Below, piece by piece: positions 1-14,579 of a stretch of DNA of 64,000 nt (positions are counted from its first letter, which is position 1; each line of letters opens with the position of its first letter). Below the pieces are notes generated by a model. That model was not told the origin of the DNA. It did no database searches and saw only the letters and a list, made by a program, of their open reading frames with translations. This DNA is from Trichoplax sp. H2 (lineage: Eukaryota). The translations under genes were made by a program, and so were the position numbers. The stretch is taken from NCBI GenBank assembly GCA_003344405.1, contig NOWV01000025.1, positions 186,001 through 250,000 of the forward strand. The letters are read 5' to 3'.

Positions 1-3000
1 AATGACCCAAAAGGCTTGAAAAGTCTGCATTATTCGACGGTGTTGATATTAAAGTATTCCAAAGTAACTGTTTCGATTTTAACCTTGACATACAATCAAC
101 TCCATAAAAGCCCCTGAGACAATCGCATTTACCTGTAATCTAAATTCCATTTATGTCAAAAATATTCAGCCTTTTATATGCCTATTTATCGAAGTCTTAA
201 TGGTTGATAATTAAAATTTAGATTTACCTTATTGCATTTTCCTCCTTGACCTTGTTCATTACATTGATTTGGGCACCGTAACTGATCACATAGTAGTCCT
301 AAATAACCGTCCAAACACTTACAGATACCTCCTTCACAACGTCTATTGCCTAAACAGTCACTATTACGGCGACAATGATTGTGCTTAATAAATGCTTTAA
401 ACATTGCATCCGAAGTTGATCGGAGATTTGTAACCACTACCGTCAAAACCCCAGTGGTAGATGTTATAGGTTTTGGAGTTTCTTGACCACAGAATGAAGC
501 CAATAAGTTACCTAAAAATAACCAGAGAAAGGAATATAAATACAACACTCTCTGTATGAATAATAACGCAATTACATTGATTATTGTATGTGTATGTTGT
601 ATAACCTGATGCCTGATCGATTCTACTCGTATTTGCAAATGGATAGCCATCGTAAATATGAACAAACTGAATTGAACACAAGGTATTAAATGTATCCACA
701 AATTCTATATAGATGTGTTCATTTGTACCACGTTGAGATTGACTAGTATAGAGGCTATTCTCCATAGACGTTGCAATTGTCCATATACAAGTATTATGTC
801 GATTTCTTTTTTGTAAACTTGACGGCAATATACCAATAGCGGTAGTAGAATTGGATACAATTAAAGTTCGACCATCGCATTCGCGATAACATATACCACC
901 ATTTCTATTCATAGTTAATAAGGATAAGCAATTACTAAAATTACAAACAGAATATAATTTTAAATGAAATTGACAATCTTTTTTCCACATACTTTGGGTC
1001 ACCAAAATATCCCAGGGCACATACTTCACAATGTTTTCCTGTAGTACTGTTATCACAATGGCAATGACCAGTAACTATATTACATGTCTGACTATGACCA
1101 TGGCATTGGCAAGGAACGCAACTTCCACCATTTTCAGGGTTACCATAAAATCCAATGCGACAATGTTCGCACTTGGGCCCAGCTGTATTTGCTATAGATT
1201 GCATAGGAATTTGTATGTATAGTTTGTATCAGTAATAAATTGATAATAAATCAAGTAAAAGCAACACTCGTTGTAAGATACATTCTGATACCTTCACATT
1301 GATCACAGATTCCAACACCTTTATTACATGTACTGCGTTTATTACAACCACAATCGATATTGCAAGTAGGTCCTGTCCAACCTTTCTTACATTGACATTT
1401 GAATGGTGGCTTTTGGGGACATTCTCCGTTAAAACATTCTTCATAGCAACTATAGAATTGAAAAACCCGTCATTCACAACAGACTAGTTCGCTACTCCAA
1501 ATTTAAGTTACTACTTGCGAATAGAGTACTAACGTTTCGTGACATTGGAAACCATCGCCAATGAAACCTCGATTACATTTGCATTCATAACCGTTTGAGG
1601 TATCGGAGCAAGTAGCATTTTGATGGCATTTATGTAGGTTTAGTTGACATTCATTAATAATTGGACAAGATTGGTAGTGCCACGTAATATTTGTTCCTGT
1701 GGGCATAATAGCATTACAGGACTGTTGGAAAGATGAGTTTGCATCACCTTTTAAGCATCTAGAAGTAAATTGATCCAATATACAAACACGTACCGTTATT
1801 GTAACATTTACAAATAAGAAAAAAAGGAATTATCAACAAGATCCTACATATTATTTCAACACTGATTCATATTTAAACGGAGAGCATAATTAAAGCCTTA
1901 CTTTCCATTATAGGGGTTAGCACTAGTTGCACACCAACCACATGTACGGTCTGTGATGCAATTACGACATAGAGTATGTTGAGAGCAATTTCTGCAGGTA
2001 CTGTAAAAATATTAGTTAAAATTAGCGTCGATGTAATAATAAATCATAAAGTAGCATAAGTTTTTTATTAACTCACGATGCAGCTCCAATTTGCCAGTCT
2101 GAACATTCGCCAAATCGAAAGGTACTCGCACGGGTATGTCGATCATAGCATCGATTTAAGTTATAGCACCAACCACAACTTTGATCAGACAGACATGAGC
2201 TACAACTTTTTCTTTTCGCACATGATGGCTTACATAACTCATTAGAATCAACATACTTGACCCCTGTGTGAATTTTCACACCAACACATTTTGAAGTTGT
2301 CGGTAACCATACACAATTAGCCTGCAACAATGATATAGATATTTTTTAATGTCAATTCTGAATAACCCTTTACGTTTAATAATAAATAGCATCATTTAAG
2401 TTGTTGGTTCATGGTAAATGTAGCTGTATCATAATTGTGTTATTATTTATATATTCGTAAATACAAGATCTGAGTTAAAATCCTATTTATCCACTTACCG
2501 AGGTGCAACTACCACATGTAAAGTGATCCTGACATGTCATACATAGATTTTTACTGTAGATCAAATAAGCACTATCACTATGATGTGGTCGACAAGAAGT
2601 ATTTCCTTCTCGAAGTAAGCATGAGGATTTAATTGGACACCATGCACAACTACTATCGGAAATACAAGTCATACAGTCTGAGTAAATTAAACAATTGCCG
2701 AATCGATATGGTTCTAGAACTCTTTGCGTTATAACCTAGAAAAAAATGATCGATAACATGTATTTATGTTTATTAGTATTTCATGTACATCTTTGATCAT
2801 TGTTCATTGTATAGACTATTAGCAATGCAAAATATGTCTATGATAACCTTCGCTTTCTGGGATTTAATTCCTGCATTCCATTCTAATCGCAATCGAGCCT
2901 CACTCACTTCAGGATCTTCGTTCCAAGGGGTACATTTAATTTGTAAAGCATACTTTTGATTGGGTTCCCCATTAGTAGACAAAACGTTTGGTTCTGAGCC

Positions 3001-6000
3001 ATGAGGGATAGTAACAGATTCATAATATTGATCTTTGTAACCTACTCGACCTACAGTTTTCTAGAGTTTTAATAAATAAAGTTTCAATTAGTCTAGATTT
3101 ACTCTCACACGTTATTAACGGTTTTGTTCATCGATTATCGAAAATTTAAAATATATGTGGCATTATTTATTGACAGCAGCTTTGAAATTATGACGATTAT
3201 CAATAATTACCAAATTTGTTGGATCAGAAGTAGTTCCAAATTTTAAATCACAAGATTGGTAAGAGCTTCCAAGACGAAACTGAAATTGGCTATCTTGTGA
3301 AGGAATTTGATACGGATAGAACTGTCCACGAAGTTGGATGGCTGGATTATTCTTTATATTCGAATTAATCGCCCATGTTGTAAGAGCTGTTGGTGTAAAG
3401 AATAAATCATCTACGATTGTAAAATTGTAATAGGGTAGCAAATTGCTTGTATAACGTCGGTAATGTCGAGTTATTGTTAATCCAACTTCTATGTCTTGGG
3501 TGATGCACTGATCAGCATCTTTTACGTAAGATGATATATTACTGGCTAACCCAGCAAATTTTGGACATGAAATACTATTTTCATTGCAAGTTTTACTAGA
3601 ACTACACCAATAGCATAAATTGCCACTAAAAGTATTACAAGTTTGGCAAGATTGAAAAAGTTTGCAAGGATTGGAACAAGTTGGAAGGCGCCAAGTAGAT
3701 TTGCAGATTTTAAGCCTTTTATAACGACTAATTTCGCTTCTGCTAAGGCAAAGTGACGACAATGAACTACTGGCTAAACTTGTTGAATTAAGCTCGTTAC
3801 ATTGTACACAGTTGAGATCGTCTAAACATGAATAATCTTCATGCGATAGGCAATGTGAATAGATATGCGAACCATCGTTTAAGGTAATGGAGTATTTATC
3901 TGATTTTTTATTGATTCTTGTAGATATCGTCGGTGGTATTTTGTAAGCTACAACTTGATTAGTGATAGTACCAGAGAAGCCACCAATAATTAGCATCAAT
4001 TTATCATCTATACCCAGTGCTACATGAGATGATCGACCACTTAAAGTGATTGACTTGGTAAATAGTGAAGTTTTTACCCATTGATGGCAATCAAGATGGA
4101 AGATGTACAATTTGTCATTAATACATTTTTGATCAGTATTGGAAAATTTGGGGCTACCACCTGATGGAGAGAAATACGAAAATTTATTTTTAAGACTTTC
4201 GAAATTTATTAATAGCGTACATACTTGGATTTAAAACTAACCATAAATAAGTAAATAGTTATGCACTAGCGTTGTCGTATGATAAGCCATTGGAGGGGAC
4301 GCAGTCAATGGAGCTACATCTTTATCTTCGATCTTGGTCCACAGTCCGGATTGAAAGTGTAAAGCATAAATAGTATTTTGCATAGATCCAACACTAAAGT
4401 TGTAATAAATTAACGGGTAGAATTATTAAACAACAAGTATGTTAATTAAAACATTGATTTTAATCCGATAAGTTGCTCAAAAATTTTACCTTTTATAGTT
4501 TAATTTCCATCCGCCAAAGATAATTAAAGATTTCATAGGTTTGTAATAAACTGTGGTGTGACCAATAAGACGTTTTGCACCATATGGATCTCCCAGTGTG
4601 TAAAACAAAAACCATTTGGCTTTGTCTAAACCATGAGATAAATCTAGCATGTAAGCATTGGGATTTGCGATATTACCATCTACTCGCCGTCCTGTAAAAC
4701 ATTGATGCCGATGCTTAGCGAAATGGAAACATTGCACAATATCCTCGGTATAAATACTATTATGTAGATTATGTGCAGGAATTAAAATTTGCTTATAGCA
4801 ACACCACGGCAATAATATTGTAAATCATACCTCCAATAATAACCAATTTATTTTCTACTAAAGTAGCAGTATGAGAGGCCATAGGTTCTGGTGCTTCTGA
4901 ATTTTTGATTGTCAATAAACTCCAGTGCTCAGAAGTGGTATTAAATAGCCACAACTCATTCGTTAATTCGCCATTCGATAGTTCACCGCCAAACATCAGT
5001 AGGTGATCATTAAAGTTAGCAATGGTATGAAACCTTCGCCCAGCCTAATAGAATAAAAGTCAAAGATAAAGGCAGCTGTAGTGATAATAATTTATGGTAG
5101 AGATTTTAAAAAGAAATTATTACTTACAGGTCGAGGACTTTCAAGTGTTACAGTTGTCCATGCATTAGTTAAGAGAGAGTATTTACATAAACTATCAATA
5201 GTTCCATTGGCAAGAGAAAAACCTAACAGTTACAGTTATGATTTAGATGAGTAGGAAACTTGATGACATACAACTAGTAAATAATCAACAACACTGATAT
5301 ATAATAAAATTTTATATTAAAGATCAATATAAATGCGCATAAAAGGGAGTTCATAAATGATAAGCATCGCAGTTGATAACTATTCTGATTTTTTAATTCT
5401 AATCAGCAATTCTGTTTATACCTCCAAAAACCCAAACCGTTTGGCTTTTTCGGACGTAAATTCCCGCATGACCAGCTCTAGGGTTTTCTAAATCCAACGT
5501 AGCACCAATCCAGCTATCTTCAGAGTTATCTGCTGTGTCAAGTCTTAAGCTACAATTTCTTCCAATAACTCCAGCATCACAAATACACCGCTGTTCCTTC
5601 TATAATATACCGCAAGGTCAAGTTGACAGAAATATTAGAAAAAACTATTTTTTAACATTCATATTTCAAATCTTTCAAAGCAATCTTCTAAATTTCTACT
5701 AATATTGTTGTACTGTTATAAATGATTTATAATTTAAGGAAAGAGTATGAATAATAAAGATAACTAATGGTTAATTACCACATCACAGTATCCGTAATTT
5801 TGATTTTTTAGACAATCATTAGGGCACGATCTGATATCGCATGCACGACCAAGCCAGCCATTTTGGCATTGACATATACCACTAATGCAGTTGCCTCTGT
5901 TGGAGCAGTTGTTTGGACAAGGCGTAATCGTGTACTTTGATGAAAATCCTAAACCTTGCATTGAACTTTGGCTAACTAGAACGATTAACATCTGCGAAAT

Positions 6001-8128
6001 ATAGCAAAATATACGTAGTGTTCATTAAGATACATTTCAATTTATCCTACTTTCGCTTCAATAACTAAAATGTTCTTTCTAAACTGTATTGCAATTAGTA
6101 AATAGGCGTTTATTTGATCGATTATATTAATTGCTTGTACGATAGAAGCGTTATAACGGATTGGATATTGCATATGACGTAAATTTTCTATGGTATGAAT
6201 GTCTACCTGTTATACTGTATAATACATACCTGACCAGAATAAGCATAATAGTCGGTAACTATCGAATAATCATGGCCACTCAATGATGCAATCATAGGAG
6301 ACTCAAGGCTGCTACTGCCATCGTAAATATAGACAAATTGGTCTAAACATTTCGTCTCGAAATAAGTAATAGATAATTTGATGCTACTAGTAATCTCGTT
6401 GGCTAAGGTACGTAGCGAATTTTCAATGATAAGGATAATTCCACATATTTGCCAATGGGAAATGATGCAGATGAAATATAAATATAAAATAGATCATGAG
6501 GATAGAATTAATGAGAAGGAGTTTACTTAGCAAGACTCAATAGTAGTACCTTTAAGAATATTATTATAAATGGTATGAAATAAGATCAACATCATATTAG
6601 TCCTTACAGTCTAGTTCTATTTTTACATCATTGATTATATACTAATATGTAATTGGTTCCGATCAAGAATTACTCGATAAATAAATTAGTATTTGCCTGT
6701 TTTACGAAAGTTATATCATATATATACTTATACATAATATAGATGATAAGTGTTTTAAATCTTCCTACATTGAGAAGAATATAAGTATCGAACCTGTTTT
6801 ATAGAAGTTATACGGTATAGTTATACATAATATAGCTGAAATTAAAAGTGTTTTAAATCTTCGTTCATGTCAAGGATACTCGTGTAGAACCTGTTTTATA
6901 GCATTATACTGTATAGCTATTTACACCTAAAAATGTTTTAAATTTTCCTACGTGCAACTAATAGAGTAGAAGCTCAGCGAGAACCTACTTTTAGACAGTT
7001 ATATCGTATAATTTATACACGAAATAGTTGAAATGTAGTTTTAAATCTTCCTACATAAGAATGATGGAATAAAATATTGGTATAGAACCTATTTTATACA
7101 AGTTATTCGGTATAATTAGCCTTAATATAGCTGAAAGCTGTTTTAAGTCTTCCTTCATGAGAATGAAAGTTATACCGTACAGTTATACATCATATAACTG
7201 AAGTTAACAGTGTTTTAAAATATTCCTACGAGAGCAGGATTTTCGTATAGAACCTATTATATTGTATAGTTATACATATACATAATACAGCTAAAAAATG
7301 TTTTAAATCTTCTTACGTGTAAATAATAGAGTAGAAGCTCGTAGAGAACCTATTTTATGACAATTATCTCGTATAATTATATAAGATATAGTTGAAATGT
7401 AGTTTTAATCTTTCTATATAAGAATGATGGAATAAAATTATTGGTATAGAAACTGTCTTATACAAGTCATATTCTATAGTTCGACATAATATAGCTAAAA
7501 AATGTTTTAAATATTCCTACATGGGAATGATAGAGTAGAAGATCGTAAGGAACCTATTTTATGACAGTTATATCGTATAACTCTATATATGATGTAGTTG
7601 AAATGTAGTTTAAATCTTCCTACATAAGTATGATGGGATAGAATACTGGTAAAGAGTCCATTTTACGGAATTCATATCGTATAGCGATACATAGTATAAC
7701 TTAAAAGTATTTTAAATTTTCCTATACAAGGGAAAATGGAATATAAAATACCCATATCAGAGACTACTACATAAATGGAAAAAGAACTCCCTTTGTTCCA
7801 GTAGCTCCTTTTACTAGAAGAGGATTAAAGTTTGCTATCTTCTTATTCATATCGTTCTTAATCTGTACGAGTAGGATAAAAGTTGAAGGAGATTATAACA
7901 CTATTTCTTACCTTTTATGAGCCATTCGCACGTAATACCGTTGGGATTATCATTAAATCCTTCAGCCTGGATAGCGCCAGTTGTGGTATTGGTGATTAAA
8001 GTTCTTTTAGAACAATTTCCAACAACAACCGGAAGATCTAGACTGAGTAATATCGTCAAAATAAAGTAGAATAATCTTTTACAGTAGGGCACACGCTGAT
8101 AGATAGATCGCCAAGGATAGCAAGCCAT
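1..8128 (-). CDS. MEGF8: Multiple EGF-like domains protein 8-like, multi-exon; 3' part continues beyond the left edge
   Basis: ATG at 8128 with signal-like stretch (LFYFILTILLSLDLPVVVG). Exons then encode CUB (CEWLIK, FVYIYDG), EGF (CPNNCSNRGNCISGICQCQNGWLG), Kelch repeats (MFGGELSNG, LIIFGG, LIIGGFSG), PSI repeats (CLSDQSCGWC), Ca-EGF (INECQLNLHKCHQNATC), laminin-EGF (GPKCEHCRIGFYGNP), a second CUB and more EGFs. This order fits MEGF8 better than attractin. Confidence 0.85.
6690..7735. repeat. Degenerate ~100-bp tandem array in MEGF8 intron 1
   Basis: Core TGTTTTAAATCTTCCTACAT...AGAACCTRTTTTATA...GTTATA recurs about 11 times (near 6751, 6850, 6935, 7039, 7139, 7211, 7299, 7402, 7503, 7609, 7710). 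Confidence 0.9.
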
Positions 8129-9202
8129 GATTAATAACGACTTGAACAATCGATGACGATGCCGTCCGTAAAAAAAGAGAGGAATTAAAATTAGCTTGAA
8201 CGATTTTTAGGGTAAACGTTAACAGGACCACAGGACTTTTACGACATAGGCAATAGAAATAGATTACGGATGGTTAATAGTTGTAAAAGTAATCAAAGTG
8301 GATCGCTTCTTTATCGCGTTAACCAACCTTGCCTGTAAGTAGACAAAAAATTAGAGTCAAAAATAATGCCAATAAGTAGGAGAAGGATATTGAGACTTTA
8401 GTTATCAATGATGTAAACCATGGATTCCTATCATGATCAGTAATTTTAGGAATTCATACTGTAACTACGACCCATCATTGAAATTAAATCCATTGCCATG
8501 TTGTAGTTGTTGACTATTGACTTTATAAGACATTGCAAATAGCAATCTTCAATCACTCTTCTTTGCGTAATTGGATAGAAATGGCATTGGCTATCTCTGA
8601 TAGGAGATGGTTGCCGACCGATCAAGATTGAATAACATGCATGCATGCTCAAATAGAATAGCATCACGAATCCATAACTACTCGTATATTATAATCCGCT
8701 GTAAATCAAATAACCGACATGGATCAATCGATTGATTATTATAATCGGATCGTCATGATCAAAAAAAATTGGGGAATTTATTGACAATTGGCGGCATCAT
8801 CTAAAGGATCAACAAGAAGACGGATATTATGCTATACGTATATTCTACTGTATATCCCACTCGTCTCATAATTTAATTTAAATTACGAATAGTATAAAAT
8901 TCGCTTGATTGATAGATACAGAGTTTAACGGGGAAATGAACTGTCTTGTGTGAATGAAAGGCGATAGAAAAGGAGTCTATTAGTATGGAGACGATGATGA
9001 GAAAATTAAATTTTTTTCCTGATAAATGAGTTAGTAAAGTCCAAGCATCTTTTCTGCTGTACGCGTATGTTGGCGAACCATATCAGTTTAGGGACTACTA
9101 AAAGAGAAAAAATGTTTTCTCCTCATTTTAGTCGTTCCTGGCCATATTGATCAAAGGAACATCGCCCATCTACTTTATTTATACTGTAAATATACAGCCT
9201 TA

Positions 9203-9780
9203 AAAATTAGTCTAGTGACTGAAAGTAGGGGAGAAGGCTATCGAAAAGAAGAGGTCTTTTTGCGGGTCAAAGTGAGTAACAAATTTCCTCCAATGCATTA
9301 GGCAAGGATTCAAGGACTACTAAATCTTAAGCAAGATTGAATAGTCCATGAATCGATAGGCCTTCTCGACGCATGATGGCTAATAATATCGTAATGCAAT
9401 TTCATCATGTCTACGTATAACATTCAAAGTTAGTCTAGTGACTGAAAGTAGGGAAAAGGCTATCGAAAAGAACAGTTCTCTTAGTGGATCAAAGTAGGTG
9501 AAAAAGTTCACTCTACAGTAAATGAATCCATCAATGCATAGACATGACTGCTAAATCTTAGTAGACCATGCCATAGGTCTTCTCGACGCTCGATGGCTAA
9601 TAATATCACAGTTCAATTTTATTGTAAGGACTCCTTTCTTAGCTTACATAAGGGCTTACTATGAAGGATCTATTTCATTTCTAAGCATAGCGTTCAAAAT
9701 TCGTCTATTGACTAAATGTAGGGAAATTAATATCGAAATAACATACTTCTTCGTAGGTAAAGTGAGGGAAAATTTACGCT
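9203..9780. repeat. Degenerate tandem repeat, ~220-270 bp, about 2.5 copies
   Basis: TTAGTCTAGTGACTGAAAGTAGGG...AAGGCTATCGAAAAGAA at ~9207 and ~9430, with a diverged copy at ~9700; CTTCTCGACGC...GATGGCTAATAATATC occurs twice. Confidence 0.85.
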
Positions 9781-10189
9781 AATGAATCTTGATCATGGTG
9801 CGAATCAATAATCAATATTATGATCATAGCATGGCGATTGGCATTGAACGATTATTCTATCCTGCATGGCTTGAAAAATCAATCAAATGCCAGACGCCTG
9901 TCTGATGATGGGCATTAAGTGAAGCTAATTCAATTAAATTAACAAATTGGGTTGTCCCATATGGGTCGAAATAAATGACGTTGATTGCCAGTTAGCCATT
10001 AGGAAAATGGATTAATCCGAAGTGTTAATCAAAATAAAAACAACAACAAACGACGGATTACTGTCGAATCAAGCCATCAATGCATCCTATAATGCTAGAT
10101 TGGCTTGAATGATAATCGTCATTCCTTAGCCATGATTAGAAAATAATAACCGCTAGACAATTTATACATCAACGGAATGGAGTTGTGAA

Positions 10190-13030
10190 CATTCGATGAC
10201 TATCAGACGATAGCCATCGATAGGTTGATTACCACTCGATCATGCCTGTCATAGTTGTCTATTCAATGCAATCATAAACTGTATCGGAATACTGTAGAAA
10301 TTTTAAAGATTGCTTCTGTAAAGATGGAATAGATGACAAGGAAAATGTCAACTCGCTACTGCCAAAATAGGTTGGAGCGTCTTGATCATTCTGGATATTC
10401 GATGACTACTATAGCATATTGACATGGCTCCTCGATCATGTAATCCAAAGCGCCCGTAAAGTAGAATCAATGGAATATTCCATGATTAGCGGGATAAAAC
10501 GTTTCTCGATGCGGATATTTCATTAGGATGAAAACGAGCTAGCTATTAGCAAAAGAGGTTGGAGCGCCGTTGCAATTCTGGGCATACGATGATGACTACA
10601 CGATATCGAGAACAACCGACTTTAGATTTCGAATATTCAATTCATATCGGGATCGTTCTTCTACGGTTATGTTTCTTCATAATGAAAATGAGCTAGAAAT
10701 TAGGGAAAAAAGGCTAGAGCACTCATCGAATTCTGAACATTCGATGACTCTTGTACGTCTCTATTTCGTCATGATGAAAAGGAGTTAAAGCATTCTTCGA
10801 ATGCTGGGTATTCGATGACATGATATAGCAATGTCAAGAACGACTGCTCTTGCTGGGCCATGCAATCCACATTCCTCGTCTATATGGATTTGGAAGGCTC
10901 AATTTATGTCGGGATAAAGTGAATGTTCTTCTACGCGTGTAGATGGGATAAGGGTGAATTTGAGAGAATCGAGAACCTATTGTAGGTTCTCCTCCATTCG
11001 GCTTATCCCATAGCATCGATTTCATCATGATGAAAAAGGAGGTTAAAGTGCCATTATATGGTATCAACAACGAAGGACCGATGCTTAATTATGTCATCGA
11101 AAGTATTTTCATATATAGTAGAAATGATTCCTTGCATCATTGAATGAGCATGCAAAGTAGTTGTCTGCGAAGGAATTCATTAAAAGATTCCATGAGAGAG
11201 AGTGATAGGATAAATTGAACGTTTTTTCTACCTAGGTAGTTGATTGAAGCTGATAATGATGATGAAAAATCAGCAAGAATAACTGAAATAACGAAAAATA
11301 GGTTTGATTGTTGGAGGAGAGCATTTTTACAATTCTCGAAGGTGAATGGCTGCTATAGCTAGCGTATACGATAGGGATAACGTTGGATGATTCAAAATTG
11401 CTTTTCAATCATATGCAATCTAAAGCAACACAGTATAGTATAAAATTGAATCATTATTTTTGCTGATTGAATGTTCAATCAATGAAATGTTCTTACAAGT
11501 AGAAAACGATTCTAAATTTTACAAAGGAAAAAAAAATTGTTACCAAAACATGTTTGTTTGGATACTTATAAGAGTGTCTTTATAATAACAAATTGTGTCT
11601 ATCGCGATGCGTCAAAATAGTGAGAAAGTTGGATTAGTCATTTTTATATCATGACTACAGGATATCAATGACGCTCGACTACCCTGGTCGATCATGTTGT
11701 CCAAAAGAGCACTCATTCCATTCTTTAAATTAATAGGGATAGTGTTGGGATAGGGTTAAAATGAGATGGTCTTCTAAGATGGAATTAAATAATGACGATA
11801 ATGGCAATCAATTAGCTGTTGTCAAGAAGTTATTGGATGCTGTTGGTCTATCCTATCACCAGCGATAGCATCACATTCAATTTGATCACGATAGATACTA
11901 TGGCAATAGATTGAAATTGGATTTTCTTACAGGATCGAATTGAATCATGTTAATCACCCTCTATCTCAAGTCCTAGACCCTGATCCTTGTCAAGTCTAAA
12001 ATCAACGTTCGACTGCTGCTTGATCATGCAGTCCAAAGCTTCCCCATCCATTACATCAACCAATACGCTTGTAGATAATCCAACTACGACAGTATACTAA
12101 TCTATAGCAATGTAATAGTCTTGAAAGTTGTCAAGAATCATGGACAGAACATCACGGCGATAATTATTCATCTATCTGACATCCAAGAGTGAAAAAATGG
12201 TCTAGATTTGATCCATGTCAAATGGAAAACCAACGCTAGACTGCTGCCCGATTATGCAGTCCAAAATAGCGGATTCAATCGACCATCATGTAGAAGAACT
12301 GTGCTATTCATAAAAGTACATTTGTATTTGGATAGGACTAGTGTAAAGAATAAGTTACAGGTCAGGATGGCGATTATTATAATCAATCTATTGCTAGACC
12401 TAAGGTGAGAAAACCGCTTGGACCTGATCCATGTCAAGTCCAAAATCAACGCTAGACTACTGCTTGATCATGCAGTCCAAGGTAGGCCAATGAATCGATC
12501 AACGATTCTAAAGTAGTTGGAGGTTATCCAACAACTGTACATTGGTATTAGGATAGGATAGGGATAATGGCGATCACTATAATTCATTTATTGCCAGTCC
12601 TACGGTGAGAAAACCGCTTAAACTTGATCCATGTCAAGTCTAAAATGAACGCTAGACTGCTGACTAAGGATGCAGCCCAAAGTAGGCCCCATTAATTGAT
12701 CCACTACTACGAGTATTATAAGAATTTAGATATCATCCAAGAAGAACAGGTAAGGATGATGATGAATCTATTTGAAGTTGTACGCTACGAAAACCGCTTG
12801 AATCCATATCCATATCCAATGGAAAATCTACACTAGACTACTGCCGAATCATGCAAGGGAAAACAGCCTATTCATGCTATCCACTATTACCACTTAAAAT
12901 CATTCTACTACGGTGACTATTTTGACATTACGCAAGAAATATTGATAGTTGAATTATAGCGATGATGATGATGAATGTATCTCAAGTCCTACGATGGAAA
13001 AAGTAAACCCGCATCGACTTGATCCATGAT
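10190..13030. repeat. Old degenerate ~200-220 bp tandem family
   Basis: TGATCCATGTCAAGTCYAAAATCAACGCTAGACTRCTGCTTGATCATGCAGTCCAA-like core near 11981, 12209, 12425, 12624 and 12810; weaker relatives near 10190, 10398, 10810 and 11660. Confidence 0.75.
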
Positions 13031-13695
13031 CAGAGTCTAATCGTGCTTGTAAGATTGAAATCAAGAGAGCAATTTTACCTTGTCAATCGGTGCTTTTTAC
13101 CCCTTGAAAGAGTTGTTTCTTTTCCCGATAGGACAGGATGATGATGGATCCAATCTTCCTAAAACACTATCGAATCCTTCAACACGATTGTAATTTGGTC
13201 CTATTATCGACCACCGGCATTGTTTATGGGGAGGAGGGGGAAAGAAGAAATTCAACTTTGCAATCCAATCAATTGGATCAGGAAAGTAGAAAAAAATAAA
13301 AAAAAACTACAAGGGAAAACTATAGTAAAATCAACATCAAGCAATCTTCATTTCAATCCCATCCAAGGATCTATAACTAATTTGTCTTTTCCATCGAGAC
13401 AATGTTGACAATCTTATCGGAGAAAAACTTGTTTTGCCTTAGATAACAGTAATAGACTGTTAGGGTATGATTTAGAGATAGTAATCGACTTCCTGCGTAT
13501 GAGTCATTGACTGAGAGGTGGTAATCCTGTCAGAGAATAGCCGTTGCTAGACTTTTTGCCTCCCGACGACAGCCTTACCCCTATTACTCATACGTTGGTA
13601 AGTAATGCATAGAAACAAAGCTATAGGAAAAGGAAAGGTAGTCAAAAGAGAAACTATTGTTTGAACAGAATAATTAGATAGGTTGAAAGAATGGT

Positions 13696-14055
13696 CTACA
13701 GATCAAGAATTGTTAGCCTAGCAATACAGTACTGTCGGCATGGATATTCTTATGCATTTTAGTCATCGCGTTAAGACTACTAATCCACTCTTGCTATACT
13801 CGATCGACGGCTGATTCTGGCCTACAGATCAAGAATGATTGGCCTAGCAATACAGTACTGTCGGCATAGATATTCTTATGCATTTTAGTCATCGCGTTAA
13901 GACTACTAATCCACTCTTGCTATACTCGATCGACGGTAGATTCTGGCCTACAGATCAAGAATGATTGGCCTAGCAATACAGTACTGTCGCTATGGATATT
14001 CCTATGTATTTTAGTCAAATCGTTAAGACTACTAATCCACTCTAGCTATACAGTA
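13696..14055. repeat. Near-perfect 126-bp tandem repeat, 3 copies
   Basis: CTACAGATCAAGAAT...GCCTAGCAATACAGTACTGTCG...GTTAAGACTACTAATCCACTCT starts at 13696, 13822 and 13948. Confidence 0.95.
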
Positions 14056-14579
14056 CCCTATCGTCGATGGGTAGATTCAGTCAGGATGTTGGGACTACAA
14101 ATCAACTGTTAGATCAGCTGTTATTGTTGTGCTAGAGTATTCTACTATACAAGCTGATATTGTATGATGGACCTCTTGCCCCAATTGGAAAATAGATCAT
14201 TCAAGAGTTTACCGGTATAATCGTCGAGAAAAAGGATCATCCATCGCACTGGATCAACGTGTTGATTTACATCAGCTGATATTATTAAACACGCGTAATT
14301 TTGAAACATTACTTCGGATTTCAGCCAGCAATATCGGCAAACCCTTACTTGATCATATAGAATGAATTGTACTCATTAGAAATGGATACGTTCCAGGTAT
14401 ACGTACATATGGATAATGACAGTCATCAATTATATCTACTAGCGAAACCCGTGGAAATGCCACACAATAGAGCAGTATTTGAGGTTAATAATAATTAGAA
14501 TAGTGTACTAACAGCGTAACACACGTACAATCGCAATAATATGATTTGATTGATGATGATGAAACATCATTCTAACCCC

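Larger units (their letters stand above)
8719..14365 (+). pseudogene. Candidate decayed or cryptic multi-exon gene of unknown family (locus A)
   Basis: Exon-like segments with splice-site borders and matching phases at ~8762-8837, 9132-9185, 9830-9918, 11240-11341, 13132-~13448 and 14136-14365; contains in-frame stops and probable frameshifts. No family recognised. Confidence 0.35.

Noticed and set aside
1..8128. Attractin as the identity of the left gene
   Set aside because: A Ca-EGF plus a second CUB and further EGFs after the laminin-EGF pair match MEGF8, not attractin.
13696..14055. Regular repeats as a CRISPR array (also 57905-58763)
   Set aside because: Whole units repeat with no unique spacers, there are no cas genes, and the context is eukaryotic.
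14136..14182. In-frame TGA in DIV*WTSC as selenocysteine
   Set aside because: No known selenoprotein motif or SECIS element was recognised, and the same chain also has TAA stops.
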